Positions 44,880-57,800 of a DNA stretch of 64,000 nucleotides are shown here, one piece after another. Numbering within the stretch: position 1 is the first letter of the stretch; each line of letters opens with the position of its first letter. The stretch covers positions 31,265-95,264 of the forward strand of contig JAUCBJ010007585.1 of NCBI GenBank assembly GCA_032718475.1, written 5' to 3'. Below the pieces are notes generated by a model that saw only the letters and a program-made list of their open reading frames with translations, searched no databases and was not told where the DNA came from. The position numbers and the translations under genes are program-made. Source of the DNA: Nemertoderma westbladi. Lineage: Eukaryota; Animalia; Xenacoelomorpha.

Positions 44880-47800
44880 AGAATTTGTTAGGTCGTCCTT
44901 TTGTAGTTGAATGCTACCCTTTCATTGGTAGGTTTCATATATATACATCTGGCCCACTGACATCACATCTGGCCATATGGCCCCTCACTGCCCCCCCCCC
45001 CCCCACTCTTTCCCTGTCTCAGGTCCGACCTTCCCACTATCTCACAGAATCCGTCATCATCTTTTGGCGCAGAATGCCACCCTTCATTTCTTCATCACTT
45101 GGTGGTAGAATGCCACCCTTCAATTCATCGTCACTGGTAGATTCCACCTCTTCTGGCCTCCCCCTCAATATGTGCACCGGCGTTAAAGCCCCCGATGACC
45201 CTTGGTCATCATTCGGTACGCAAAATGGTTTAATATATAATGCCCCCTCTCACTCTGGCAGCCCCGGGTTCAACACGTCTCCTCTAACTTTCCCATTCCC
45301 ATCATCATTTATCCTCGACTCCTCTACCTTTGGATCAACCCTGTTATGTTTCTTCTTTTTCCTCCTTATCTTCTTGTTCAATCCCCCTGGTATCGGTATA
45401 CTTCTCAGTTGGATCAGCATCTCTTCTGGGCATCTCTCTGGATATCTCGCTGTCAACTCTTCCCCATCCCCGTACTGATACTTGTTAGGAACGTCCGTGT
45501 TTCATCCCATTGCCTCTAGGTCCTGTGCATTGAACCCATTCTCCTTCACCTACTCTCTTGCTGTTGCTACTCCTCCTGACTCCTCTATCTGCGGTATTTC
45601 TCTGGACTCATCCTCCACTCTTTCCACTATGCATGGTTCCAGATCCATACCCGCCCCTGACTCCTGGTATCCTTCCCCGGGCCGCTTCTCATTTGGGTCC
45701 TCCCAATTGCCCATCCTTGACTTCTGCTCAGGCCGCTTCCCATATGGGACCTCCCCATCACCCATCTTTGGCTTCTGCTCTATGTCCTCAATGGTACCGG
45801 ACAGCATGTATCCTGATGATTCGAACACGCTAAACATGATCCTCGTCTTTATTGGGCCATCCGAAAGGCATGAGAATGGCCACCGGGTCTCATTCCTTCT
45901 CGTTGGCAAAAATGGTTTGCAGCCTCTCATGGGCCGTCTGACAGCCCATGCCGACTATAAGAGACACTTTCGGGACATCTAGTTCGTGTACGGAGAAGTC
46001 GATGCCGTCCAGATACCAGTATTGTTTGATCTCGATCTTTGTAGGTCGCCTGGCATTGATATTGATCGAATCTATTATTTGGATGGGTTCGATGGTAGCC
46101 CCATAGTCGCACCCTGTTGTTATCACTCTGATTTCACACCATTCCATCCTCATCTTCATGACCTCGTATTTGCTCGATATCATGGTCACCGCCATCTTAC
46201 TTGGTCTGGTCTTTAATCCTATCTTCTCGGCCACCCAACTCTCCGTTAGCTTAAACGCTGCTCCACTATCTTCCAACATTAGTGTTGTAACCGATAGTCC
46301 GTTTTCTCCAATTATCCTCACCAGTACTACTCCGTCTGTTCTCTTCCTCCTTACTCCAGTGGTGCTCGTCGCCATCGTCTGGCCTCCAGTTCCATCAGTA
46401 TCGGCATACTTGATCGGTTGTTCTTGACATTCATCCTTCTTGTGTCCTCCTACTGCGCATCAGTGTCACAGTCCAAATTTTCTAGTGTAAGCTATTCAGT
46501 CTTGTTTAAGTAACGCCTGCCAAGGCTTACAGTTTATGGTCTTGTGCATCCCGTTTCTATGCAATTGACATTTGTAATTGGGGTTGTAGCATTCCTCATA
46601 CCGTATCGCCTTCAGATTCATGTTGAGTGGTTTAGTGTTATGGTTGTTTGGACTCGGCCTATTTGGGGTGTTAGTAGCTACTGCTGTTGTTGTTTTGTCA
46701 CTGTCCCTGCCATCGCGTGGCTCTATTCCCAGGGCTCTGTGGACTTGTAGTAACGACTGCCTCACTTTTGGAAGTGCATCCGCTGCACTATGTTCCAGTT
46801 TAGATCAGCTGTATTCCGTTTTCGGTACTTTGCCTAGACTGTCCTCACTATAGACTGGATCAATTATTAACTCCACCTCGTAGTTAAGGAAGTTCGACAT
46901 CTCGTTTCGACATCTGGCTCCGTACCCTTCTTCTCTCGAGTGGAGAAAGCGATCTTTCTCCATTTGTGCAGTGCCTGAGCTATGGTCATGATGTTATTCG
47001 ATGCATTGAGTTCGTATGGTGGATCTAGGGTCTTTAAGCTATCAGCACCTTCTCTACTTTGTTAGCGAAGGTCTTGATGCTAACAGGGTTATCTGCGAGT
47101 CCACCTGATGTTATTCCCCTTAAGGTTTGTCGAATAATCTTCGCAGGATAGCTAAATTCCCTGTCCAGGGCTCTCCACGCGGTTGTAAATCCTCCTTCAA
47201 TTCCTTGGTATTGCCTCACGATGTTGTAGGCTGGCCCACCTGTATAGACTTGTAGATATTTAAGGCACTCCGTCTGTGTGAGATTTTTCGTCAAAATCTC
47301 ATTGCTGTACATCTTCCAGAACTATAGATATTCTTCCGGCTTGCTACCATCAAACTTAAAAGGCTCCACTGGTGGCAGCTCTATTCTTGTTTTCAGCGAG
47401 TCGATGAGTGTTGCTATTCCCATCGCTTGAATTTCCAGCGCACTCGACGGTACGGATGCAGGATCCTTCAATGTTGATTGTGCTTTGCCTCTCGGGTTCG
47501 TCGACTTTCCCTGAGTAGGATATATCATCGGGGGTAACAGTCCCCTCCATATCTCGCATGATCTATTTGGATCTGGGGGGGTCGCGATTTTTATTTTTGG
47601 TTGAGTGTATTGCGGATACAGTAATGGAGGAATGTCACCCTGCCCCCCCCCCCCCCCCTCACCGATGTTATATTTGGCACTGGGGTAGATGTCATTATAT
47701 TGGGGCCCATACACCTATCTGCAATACCCCCACCCCCCTCCCCTGGGTATGTGTTATATCCCAGCATATTATAGTCATACTGGTGTGCAGGTACCGGTAT

Positions 47801-49045
47801 AGGCCTAGCAGGTTTCTGCCTACTCACTGGTATGTATGCCGCGACCTCCGTGTCCAATCCCGGCATTCGCGCTACCCCATCGCCTAAACTATCTCTCCCA
47901 ACATGGCCTATAGTATGTGCAGCAAGACCTACATAATGTCCTGCAGTCTTTCTGTGTTCCTCCGGTTCGAAGTTTGATCTTTTTGAATATTCCGAGAAGT
48001 CATTCCCACGACTACAATATTGTCTAGCTGATACGCCAGATCTATCTCTAATACCCTTCTAGCTTTCGCGGAGGATGTAGCGGACTTTTCAGTTGAGATG
48101 GACTCCTATCGCCTGTTTGTTCTACTAATTTTGACATGCTTGGTAGCATTTCTACTAACCAACGACACCGAATCTTTGAGGTTAACCTCGGGTTCAGCGT
48201 CATGCAGATACGCCCATCCCACTAACTTAATTCCCCGTGCATCCATTAGCTAAGGCCCTATATACACTACATCAGGTGGCATTATCTCGGATCACCACAA
48301 TTCGAACAGTTCTGTGGCGACCCCCCTCGCCCTCTCGCTAGTTCCCCCTGCCCAAATCGGACTAGGTTGTGGAAATGTTTATTGCACTCACTGAGTCTCT
48401 GGTTCAACTTGGGCTGGTCTACCTTTCCTCCAGTCTTAGCATCATTGAGTAGCTTCCTTGTCGCGTTGTACCCTCGTCGTAGGCGATTGCTCATCCCAAA
48501 ATCTTCCTCCTGAACCTGACCTTCTCTCCTTGTCTGGCGTCATACCGTCAGCCCCACCATTGCTGTTTTGGTGGGCTGCTCACTGGAAGCTCACTCGGTG
48601 GGTAGCTACTGGTATGCCGGCGACTCCGGTACTTCTCTCGCTGCTCTCATCTTGTGCTGACTCGCGTCCCTCTTCTCCTTGTACGTGGCCGCTCTCCTCT
48701 TCGACAACTGAACCGTCTCTCCTCGGCGAATCCAGTGTGGCAGGCCAGTACCGCCTCATCGCTGCCTCCCGAATTGTTTGGTCTCTATCGCTCAGGGTGC
48801 GCGGCGGCGGGCTTCCTTCTCCCACTGGACCTTGGGGCGGTTGTTCGCTCATCTCGTTGTTTCATTGGCATGTCATCGTCACAGTTTATTTGTTCTTCGC
48901 GTCTCACTTGAAGTCGTAGTTTAGACTAAGCTAGGTTTCAACTGTGACGGGATCCTCAAGTTGGCGAGGGAATCCCGACCGGTGTGTTTGCTTTTGGGTT
49001 ATACGCTTCGCCGCATCCGTTGGCTGCTGAAAGGCTTATGGTACT

Positions 49046-49371
49046 TATAATGATATCGTAAATATACCGATATATGAGTATGAGTAAGAAATAATTAGTG
49101 CCGCATCTTGAATCGTATTATATTATTTCAATAAATGCTGACAAACTGACAAAGTAAACTGGCTGACATACTGGTGGCTAACGCAGTACAACTGTCAGTC
49201 TGTGGCTGTCCAGGATGACAGCATAGGTATCCTGAATGATATATGATCACCAAAAAATAATGTAGAATCCCATCACCCTATATCCCATCTAATGTGCCAT
49301 TCACTGATTGGCCGTTACCTAGTAACGGCCCTAGAGTATGTACCTCTATGTAACTAAGGAATATCATTACA
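49046..49371 (-). repeat. 3' LTR of second Gypsy
   Basis: Direct repeat of 53928-54240; contains palindrome GGCCGTTAC-cta-GTAACGGCC. Confidence 0.93.
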
Positions 49372-52300
49372 CCCCCCTTCTAGTTTGTGTGAGTTCCAAC
49401 AAACTATCCATAATGGAGTCTGTCTGGTTGATGTCGCCGACGTGTTGGGTGCGTGTTGTTGGGTTGTAATTCTGATTTATGGGTGTCCGGGCTGGTACTG
49501 GTAAGCTGTGTTGCACAGTGAACGCCCTTAGTTGGGTTTGATGGGGTTCCTCTAACATTAGAACCATTGTACCCGCAGTTAATGCCCCCCGATGTCGCGA
49601 TAGCTGTGTCCCTCAGAAGGTGGCGTCAGTTGCGGGTGAGACAATGGCTGGACTGCAATTTAATCCGGTAACTGCAGTGTGAGGCCGCCTCAACCACAAC
49701 ACCAGTGCGGTCCCAACGCTTAGTGGTTGGGTTTTGGACCCAGATCTCCCACTGAGAGAGTGGGGAGGGGTTTGGCCCCGCGGTTGAAATCCTCGGCCTG
49801 AGAATCAATGAGTTTTGGCACTGCAGCGTCGAGTGCAGTCCTGGTCTCTTGGTGTCCCAGGAGGAAAGCCTGGCTGTGTGTGGGTACCTGTGAATGTGTT
49901 GGGTGCCCAAACAAAATCTGGGCCGGTGACTGACCGTGTGCGAGGGGTGAGTTTCTTAATTTCAGGAGGCCCTCCTGGAATGCCGTAGAGTTAATTTTTC
50001 CCCCAGTTTTTGTTAACAAACTCTTCAGAGCCTTAACGGCAGACTCTGCATGGCCGTTGCTCTGTGGGTATTCCGGGGAGAAGAACATCTGCTGCACTCC
50101 CCAGTCACTAAGGAAGTCCATAAAATTGGACCCTGCGAATTGTGGACCACCGTTGGAGGAGAACCGAACAGGGACGCCGAAACGTATAAAAACGTCCCGC
50201 ATATGGGCTGCTGTTGTAGCGGCGTTTGGATGGCTGGTGTAGCCATATATTTCGGGCCACCCAGAGTAACGGTCCGCTATGGCGAGGTGGTCCCGGCCGT
50301 CGAGGGCGAAGAGATCGGCAGAAATCTCCTCGACGGGCCGGGTAGCCTCTCGGTCTCGTAGGAGAGGCTCCTTGGTGAGACTGGGGCAGTGTGTGAGACA
50401 GGCGTCACACGATGAAATGGTAGTCCGGACATCGTTGGTCAGCCCGGGCCAGTATACCGTCTGGCGGGTGTGGCGGAGAGTTTTCTCTACCCCCTGATGG
50501 GCGGCGTAAAGTCGTGCGAGGGTGGTCTGTCTCTCGGCTCGCGGAATAATAATCTGCTGTCTGTAAAGGACGAGTTCGTGGTCCATGGTGAGTTTCTCCC
50601 GGACGGACCAATAGGGAGAGACTCCTGGGAGTTGGCGGGAGGACGGTGGGAACCCGGACTGTGTGGCAATGAGGAGTTCTATGTAGTCGGGGTCGTCCCG
50701 GGCGGTCTTGTAGAGGGAGTCGAGGATCAAGTCAGAGAACTCCTCAGATTGCTCCGAACTCTCGCAGAGTTCGGCGGCTTTCTGCCGGGTTACCGCGTGT
50801 ATGTAGTAGGCCATATCGCCGTCGTTGATCAGGGCATCGGAGGACGGATCGTCAACTGGAGCGTGGGACAATGCATCAGGAATCCGATGATCCTTACCCT
50901 TCCTCCACACTGTAGTGAAGGTATACGGGGTGAGTTTAGATTTCAGCCGCTGGAGGCGAGTATTATCCGTGGCATCGATTGTGTAGCGATCCAGGATAGT
51001 AATGAGTGGCTGGTGGTCGACTATAAGGGTGAAGTGTGGAAGGCCGAGGAAGTAGAGTCGACACTTGTGGGCCGCCCAGGCGACTGCGAGCAGCTCGAGC
51101 TCCACCATTGTATAGCGCGACTCCGTCTCCGAGACGAAGCGCGACCCATACTCCACCAGTTTCCAGTCATCGTCGCCGTAGCGCTGGAGTAATGCATAGC
51201 CCAAACCATGTTTTCGCAAGGCGTCGGTTTGGAGCATTGCCTCGCGTTCCGTCTCGAAGGGAGCGAGGATTGGGGGTGAGACCAATGCGCGTTTCGTCGC
51301 CTCGAATGCCGCCTCATGGTCCGAATTCCAAATAAATGAATTCTTAGAACTGAGGAGGGGGCGGATGGTGGACATCATTGAGGATATGTCCATCGAGAAC
51401 GGGGCGAGTTGCTCCACCAACCCAATGAAACTCCGGAGGTCAGTAATATTCGTTGGCCTTGGGAAACTCGCGATAGCCCGGACCTTCGCCGGGTCGGCCC
51501 ATATCCCGTCGGCCCCGACGAGGTAGCCCGCGAACTTGACTTCGCACTGGACAAATTGAACCTTGTCGGGGTTGAGGGAAATTCCGGTCTCGCAGCATTG
51601 TTGATGTGGCCGTTGAGGTTGGCATTGTAGAGGAGGATGTCATCGACGATCTTACTCATGTTTGGCAGGTCGCGGATGGTGTCGTCACCGCGGCGGTTGT
51701 ACTCATCCCCGCTCGATATTAAACCCATAACACTCCTGATGTGATTATATCTCCCCCAGGGTGTTACAAACGTGGTTAGGAGCTGGAAATCTTTTTCGAG
51801 AGGGACCTGCCAATACCCGTAAGTCAAATACAGTGAAATAATTCGACGTTGTTGCGATTCCAGCTATCGCCACCCATGGGCTCAGCGTGGGGTAGTAAGG
51901 CCGTGTAACCTTTTGGTTGAGGTTGCGGAGGTCCACATACAACCTGAGTTTGCAGGAAGGTTTCCGGGTAAGCATCATCGGGTGAGCCCAATCGGTAGGC
52001 TCCGTCACCCGTTCGATGACAGTGCATTGCTCCATGTTGTTGAGGAGGGACTTTACCTCGTCCCGCATGTTGAAGGGAATTGGACGTGCGCCGTTAATGT
52101 GGAAGGGTTTGGTGCCCTCCTTTAAGTCTAACTCTAAGTCTTTAAGTCTTTAAGTGCATCGGTTCTCCAACCATGGTGGACAAAGGTTCATCTACATCGT
52201 CGAAAACATCCTCGTATTAGCATAGAATTTCGTCGCGAACTCAGGGATATAAAGGTTCTGCTGCAGATTTATTGAGTTTATGGCTTGTGGGAAATCCGGT

Positions 52301-53927
52301 GGAAGAATGTTAAGGTTCACGGAGGTTTAGGATTAGGCCATCAATTTCCGGGGATATGACAATTAAAGCCATTGTTTCGAATCCATCATAGGAAATTATA
52401 GAAGGAAACATTCCCGCGATTTGTAGCGGGCTTTGGTTGGCGGCTCGCAGTTGAGGGTCATCAATGGGATACGGTAGTAGATCTACCTCGCGGCCCCCCA
52501 TGGCGTTGTACAGTTTGTGGCTGAACATTGTAGCCATCGCGCCGCTGTCCGGTAAATCTTGTTTAACAGTTCCGTTAACAGTTAAGTTAACTTGTTTTAG
52601 ATCCACACTTATACATTTAAGTGGGCAGGTGGCGGGCGGAAATTCAGTTTCGTTAATGGAAATCGAGTTTACTCGAGTGTTTGAATGAACCTCTGGAAGT
52701 ATCGAGTTTACAGTATCAAGTGACTGTGGCGGCTGATCCCTGGAACCAGGTTTACAGCAATTACCTGATTGGGATCGTTTCTGATTGGAACGGCAAACAC
52801 CCCTATAATGTCCAACCTTCCGACAGGATTTACAAACAGCGTCCTTGGCGGGTTAGTTCGGTCTACCCCCTGCGTGGTTTCACCCGCACCACAGACATGC
52901 TTGATCCGGGCTGGGTTGCTGAGAGTTCGTCTGTTGAGATGTCCGGGAAGCTGATTTCTCGCACTGGTAATTCGACATCACTTTAGCGACTGATGATGGA
53001 GTCGTTATGTTCGCTCGCCTCCATCGATTGGGAGATCCGAACGCAGTCCTCGAGGGAAGGTTGCAGAAGAACCTTCAGGAGCTCCGTCCTCGTCTCTGAA
53101 GATTGGATCCCGACCAGAATCTGCGTCATGATCTGGCGATCGCGACAGCGGCAGCAGAGTTTGGCGTCGTCCGCCAACTGATCGAGGGCGATGCGAAAGG
53201 TGTCGAAGGACTTGTTGGCTCCCTGCCTCTGGTCGTGGAACCGGATCCCGTCGATGGCGATGCTTCTCTCCGACCGGAGGTGGGCCTGGAGATCGTCGAG
53301 GATGGAGTCCGTCGTCATCTCCAGAGCATCGATGTTGACATGGAGAGTCACTGTCAACGTTCGCTGGAGGTCCTGCCCGAGAGCGGAAATGAGGGCGTAG
53401 AACTGCTCATCTCGGGGGAAGGTGGAGGCTTGTTGGCGGTGCGTGTGGACGTGCCAGTTCTCTCTCCAGCAACGGAATGGAGTGAATTCGATGTCGCCAT
53501 CAATCTTCTCTAGCCCGGATGTATCTATCATGCGACGTCGAGGTTGGGGTTGCGCAGGAGCTGGATGTCCCATGGCGGCGGCGGGAGGTGCGGCAGCAGC
53601 ACCGGGTCCCGCACCGTGTTGGCCTTGGAGGGCAGCGATTAGCTGCATCATCCGAGCATCGGAGTCGGCTTGTTGTTGGAGGGCGTCAGCCTGGTGCTGT
53701 GCCAAACGCGAGTCGGCGTCGACATTAACTGGGTCAGTTGATCGAGTCTGTCATCCGCGTGTGCTCGTTGCTGATCGAGTTTGCGTCGCATATCTCGGAT
53801 GTTGTACCGAATATTGTACATTATCCGAATCTGATGAATCCGCGTTATCGTCTTTGCCTGCGGCAGCTAAAATTTTAGCACTGCATTTAGGAGGCATCGT
53901 TCAGTTCATAAATAAATCACTGCGCCA

Positions 53928-54240
53928 TATAATGATATCGTAAATATACCGATATATGAGTATGAGTAAGAAATAATATAGTGCCGCTTCTTGTATCGTA
54001 TTATATTATTTCAATAAATGCTGACAAACTGACAAAGTAAACTGGCTGACATACTGGTGGCAAACGCAGTACAGCTGTCAGTCTGTGGCTGTCCAGAATG
54101 ACAGCATAATAATATAATGTAAATAATAATGTGAAATCCCATCACCCTATATCCCATCTAATGTGCCAATCACTGATTGGCCGTTACCTAGTAACGGCCC
54201 TAGAGTATGTACCCCTATGTAACTAAGGAATATCAATACA
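53928..54240 (-). repeat. 5' LTR of second Gypsy
   Basis: Direct repeat of 49046-49371, adjacent to the PBS. Confidence 0.93.
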
Positions 54241-54848
54241 GTCTGAAAGGCCGGAGGCCGGTTGAATAACTGAGTTTTAGTGGCAGTTGTTCGTGTCAGA
54301 ATACAATAATAGCACAATCAGAATATAATAATAGCATGGTTAATGACGACGACGGTTGAAACCGTCTTGCTTCCACAGCTCTACTTAAACCAACTGAACA
54401 ACAGGTAATAAATGCAATGGTTATATTACTAACACATATGGAATATTGCTATTGCTACGTGGCCTGGCCAATGAATGCACCCCAATCAGATGGTGTTCTG
54501 GCCCATCATTGGCTAACCTATCCTCCCTTCCCTTGGCAATCCCTGTTCCCTTTATGCCCTGCCCACGTGCTGGCTCCCTTAGTCCCCTTGAGATGGCTTG
54601 TAGCCTCTTATCTCTACTTGCGGCTGACAATGTGTATTGCCTTCGTTGGTTATTAGGCGACATTATATTGCTAATGTCACCTAGCCAACTATAATTGGTA
54701 AAAGCCACTTTCCCTATTTTCCGCTGTATAGTGCAGTGAATTGGATCCGCTTACATCTATCTAAGAGAAATAACTGGCCCACTAAATTTAGGGGCTTTGC
54801 AGCAGCTTGGCGGGTCGTATCTATATTATGTCATGAGTCTCCCTCGAT

Positions 54849-57800
54849 ATATACAGCTGATTGTCTACTATATATTTTCCAAGTTTCATCATAAACGGAT
54901 AAAAAGCAAAGGAATGGAAGGACATTTAATGATTAGACATGTATCCCCCTAGCGGTTGACAGATGAAATGTTATTTTTGTTGCAGACCCTACAATCTTAT
55001 GTGGATGTGGACTGATTACTGTAGTAATTGCGATTCTTAAAACAATGTGATTTACTTATTTAAGAATATAATAGAGCATAAGTGATGACAAATATATTAT
55101 CTTTTATATATTAGAAATATACACATATATTACAAATATATTAGAGCATGCCGCAATTCCCCAGAAAAAATGTATTGAAATATGATTTGCTGAAAATTAT
55201 AACTATCAAATTTTATGAAAATTGTTCACTACTTGAAATTTGGTGCTGAAAATAACCACCGCAGTAAATAATATTTCATAAATTTTAACTCATCATATCT
55301 ACTATAAGAGTTGTTGCTATGGCAAATCATATCTACTACTGTATAAGAGTTGTTGCTATGGCAAATCCCTTCGTTGCTATGTTTAAGACCCTCTAAAAAC
55401 CAGCGCTATCATTTGTTGATGTCTACCAAAAATTATATTATGTCACATATCTGTAACTAAACAACTATGTTGGGTAGTTCCGTCATATAAAAAATTCATA
55501 CGGGGTAATAGGCTGGAGCCTCTACTATAGTCTACTGTAAGATAGTACGAGTGGGTACGCGTGGTAACAATGGAATCATAGGTATGAAAAACTAAATCAT
55601 AATATCTAAGGAAACTAATAAATTATTTAAAATTAATTTAGTTTATTGAGATAACATTACGTAAAGGTCATTTATTCGTAGTGTAGCAGCTAATAAATAT
55701 ATTCAACATTCCAACAGAAGACTTATTTGGTAACTACAGTATATTGTGTAACTATGTTTGTTTCACTGTTACACTGCAGAACTTGGGCTGTATGTTTAGA
55801 TGTAGTATGAACTAGGGTAGTTTAATCTAGGGTAGTTATATATAGACATGTAACTTCGCGAGTAAGAACTAATGATATGCTTAGCCAATTCCAACATAGT
55901 ACTATCTAAAGTACGAACTACCCCGGTAAAATAGACTTTTGTGGACTAGTTCCTTAATTGATATATCACCCCCACGCCTTCCCACTAAGTTGCCTAAAAA
56001 AAATTTGAAATTTGAAAATTTGAAATAAAAATTCCCCGACCAGCTAGCTAATGAGTCATTGAATCTTGATTTCCGCTTTCCATTATTTTTCAGCTAAAAG
56101 CGTTTAACAGAGAAAGTCCCGGTCAGCCCGTTGATATTATTATTACACCAGCCAAATCGCAGTTGTTCCTAGTCTATATTGGATTTGTTGTTTCCGATGG
56201 AAAGGTGGACTAACAACTAAATATATATGAATTTGGTTGAAAAATCGTTGAAATATTGGCCTTCGAAAGTTGCCTGTTTGGCATGGATGTGCGCAAGATT
56301 TTTCGCATTTATTAAATATATCAAACATTCTATAATATATCTATAATATTTACAGTATTCTAGAATGTTTGTAAGTATATAGGCTCGGTCAGAAGGAATG
56401 GGCGCATTTGCGAATGGTACATACTTGGAAACTTACAGACACTGTCAGATAGGTTGCACTCTGTTTACTTTCACATTCTCACCATTATTGCAATCACCAG
56501 AATTTTTATTTTAGCTTTTATTATTTTAGCTACAAGCGTTTGAAAAAAGTGTCTCCAGCGATATTGCTCCAATTACAGCGCAGTTATTCGTCAACCTTAT
56601 AGTGATTTGTTGCTACTAGTGGAAAGCTGGCCATATGCAAGGATTTCAAATATGTAAAAATATTTGAATTTGGTTGGGAAATATCTGAGATATGAGCGCT
56701 CGAAAGTTGGATGTATTTACTTCCACTGCAGGCCATTTATTCTATTTAATAAATGCATAACATTCTGGAACATTGTGTTTATCTCATAAGTAGCTTGGCA
56801 ACAATGCAATGCCTACATGATATAATACTAGTGTTATGGATATTCCTAGTAGTAGTACATACATAAGCGAAATATTCTAGAACATAGTGTATTTATTATA
56901 TAGAATAAATGGCCTGTAGTGGAAGTAAATACATGCAACATTCGAATGCCCATATCTCAGCTATTTCCCAACCAAGTTCAAATATTTTTATATATTTGGA
57001 ATCCTTGCATGGCCAGCTTTCCACTAATACCAACAAATCACTATAAGGTTGAAGAATAACTACGGTGTAACTGGTGTAATATCGCTGTAGACACTTTTTT
57101 CAAACACGTGTAGCTAAAGAATAAAGGCAAAAATAAAAATTCTGGCTCACTCAGGAAGGAGGAGGGAGGTGAAACTCTCTATGTTTCAAATTTATTTCAT
57201 GCAATCTCATAAAGATTTGTAAAAGGATTTGGGGGGGGGGGGGGTGGTGGGGGGCAATATAACTGAATAACGATACTATATTCCAGGACATGGAGTAGTT
57301 TTTGTGACTTACAATTATATGAGAAAGTAAACCCATTAGTTTTTTTTATAAATGTTCTAGAAAGTATATTGAGTGTTCTAGAACTTTGAATAAAAGTTCT
57401 AGAACATTTTAATTATTAATTTTCGAGAATATTATTTTCTTTAAAAAAGAAAATTATTTAAAAAATTGTTAAATTTTATTATTTTTTATGCTATGTTGCC
57501 TGTTTTTTTTCTATTGATAAGAGTTCTTAGAACATTATTAAATGTTCTAGACCATGTACCAAATTAAAAAATAAATAATAGAAATATACGATGAACGTTC
57601 CAGTTGCGACAAATGTAACGAATACGCCGACAAATTCGCGTCAAAGGTGATCGGATATCTCTGGCGACGCCAGATTCGTACTTAATGAAAGTACACATTT
57701 TGAACTTGAACTTGAATTGAACTGAATTTGAACACATTTTAGTACAAAATGAAAATGTTGCCACGGGCGGAACTCTAGCTATTAAAAAGCTTGCGTTGTA

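Larger units (their letters stand above)
40624..44885 (-). mobile_element. L2/Crack-like LINE, 5'-truncated at the ORF2 start, long 3' UTR, AATAAA plus (ATTGA)n tail
   Basis: Intact ORF2; plus strand TCAATTCAATTCAATTCAATGTTTATT at 40624-40650. Confidence 0.9.
37110..48900 (-). mobile_element. BEL/Pao copy 2, diverged, pol collapsed, interrupted by piggyBac-like and L2-like insertions
   Basis: gag ~46400-48870 and PR ~45890-46375 align with copy 1; IN C-terminus IRSVEVRIGGKIGAKDRKTYRRAVGKCCLL at 40422-40545; spacer and exonuclease remnant follow. Confidence 0.88.
49046..54240 (-). mobile_element. Full-length degenerate Gypsy LTR retrotransposon
   Basis: LTRs 49046-49371 and 53928-54240 (a few differences and one indel region); PBS TGGCGCAGTG; PPT AGAAGGGGGG; gag ~52983-53897, PR DSGA, RT GYWQVPL/IVDD, RH-IN 49720..51420; frameshifts. 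Flanks GTACT and GTCTG are only an imperfect TSD. Confidence 0.93.

Noticed and set aside
40613-44885. CATAAAATT / CATAGAATT as a TSD that would supply the LINE ORF2 ATG
   Set aside because: One mismatch in 9 AT-rich bases; cannot be distinguished from chance.
54241-54840. Candidate 5' LTR or leader of BEL/Pao copy 2
   Set aside because: No PBS and no second copy of this sequence found in the window, so it cannot be assigned.
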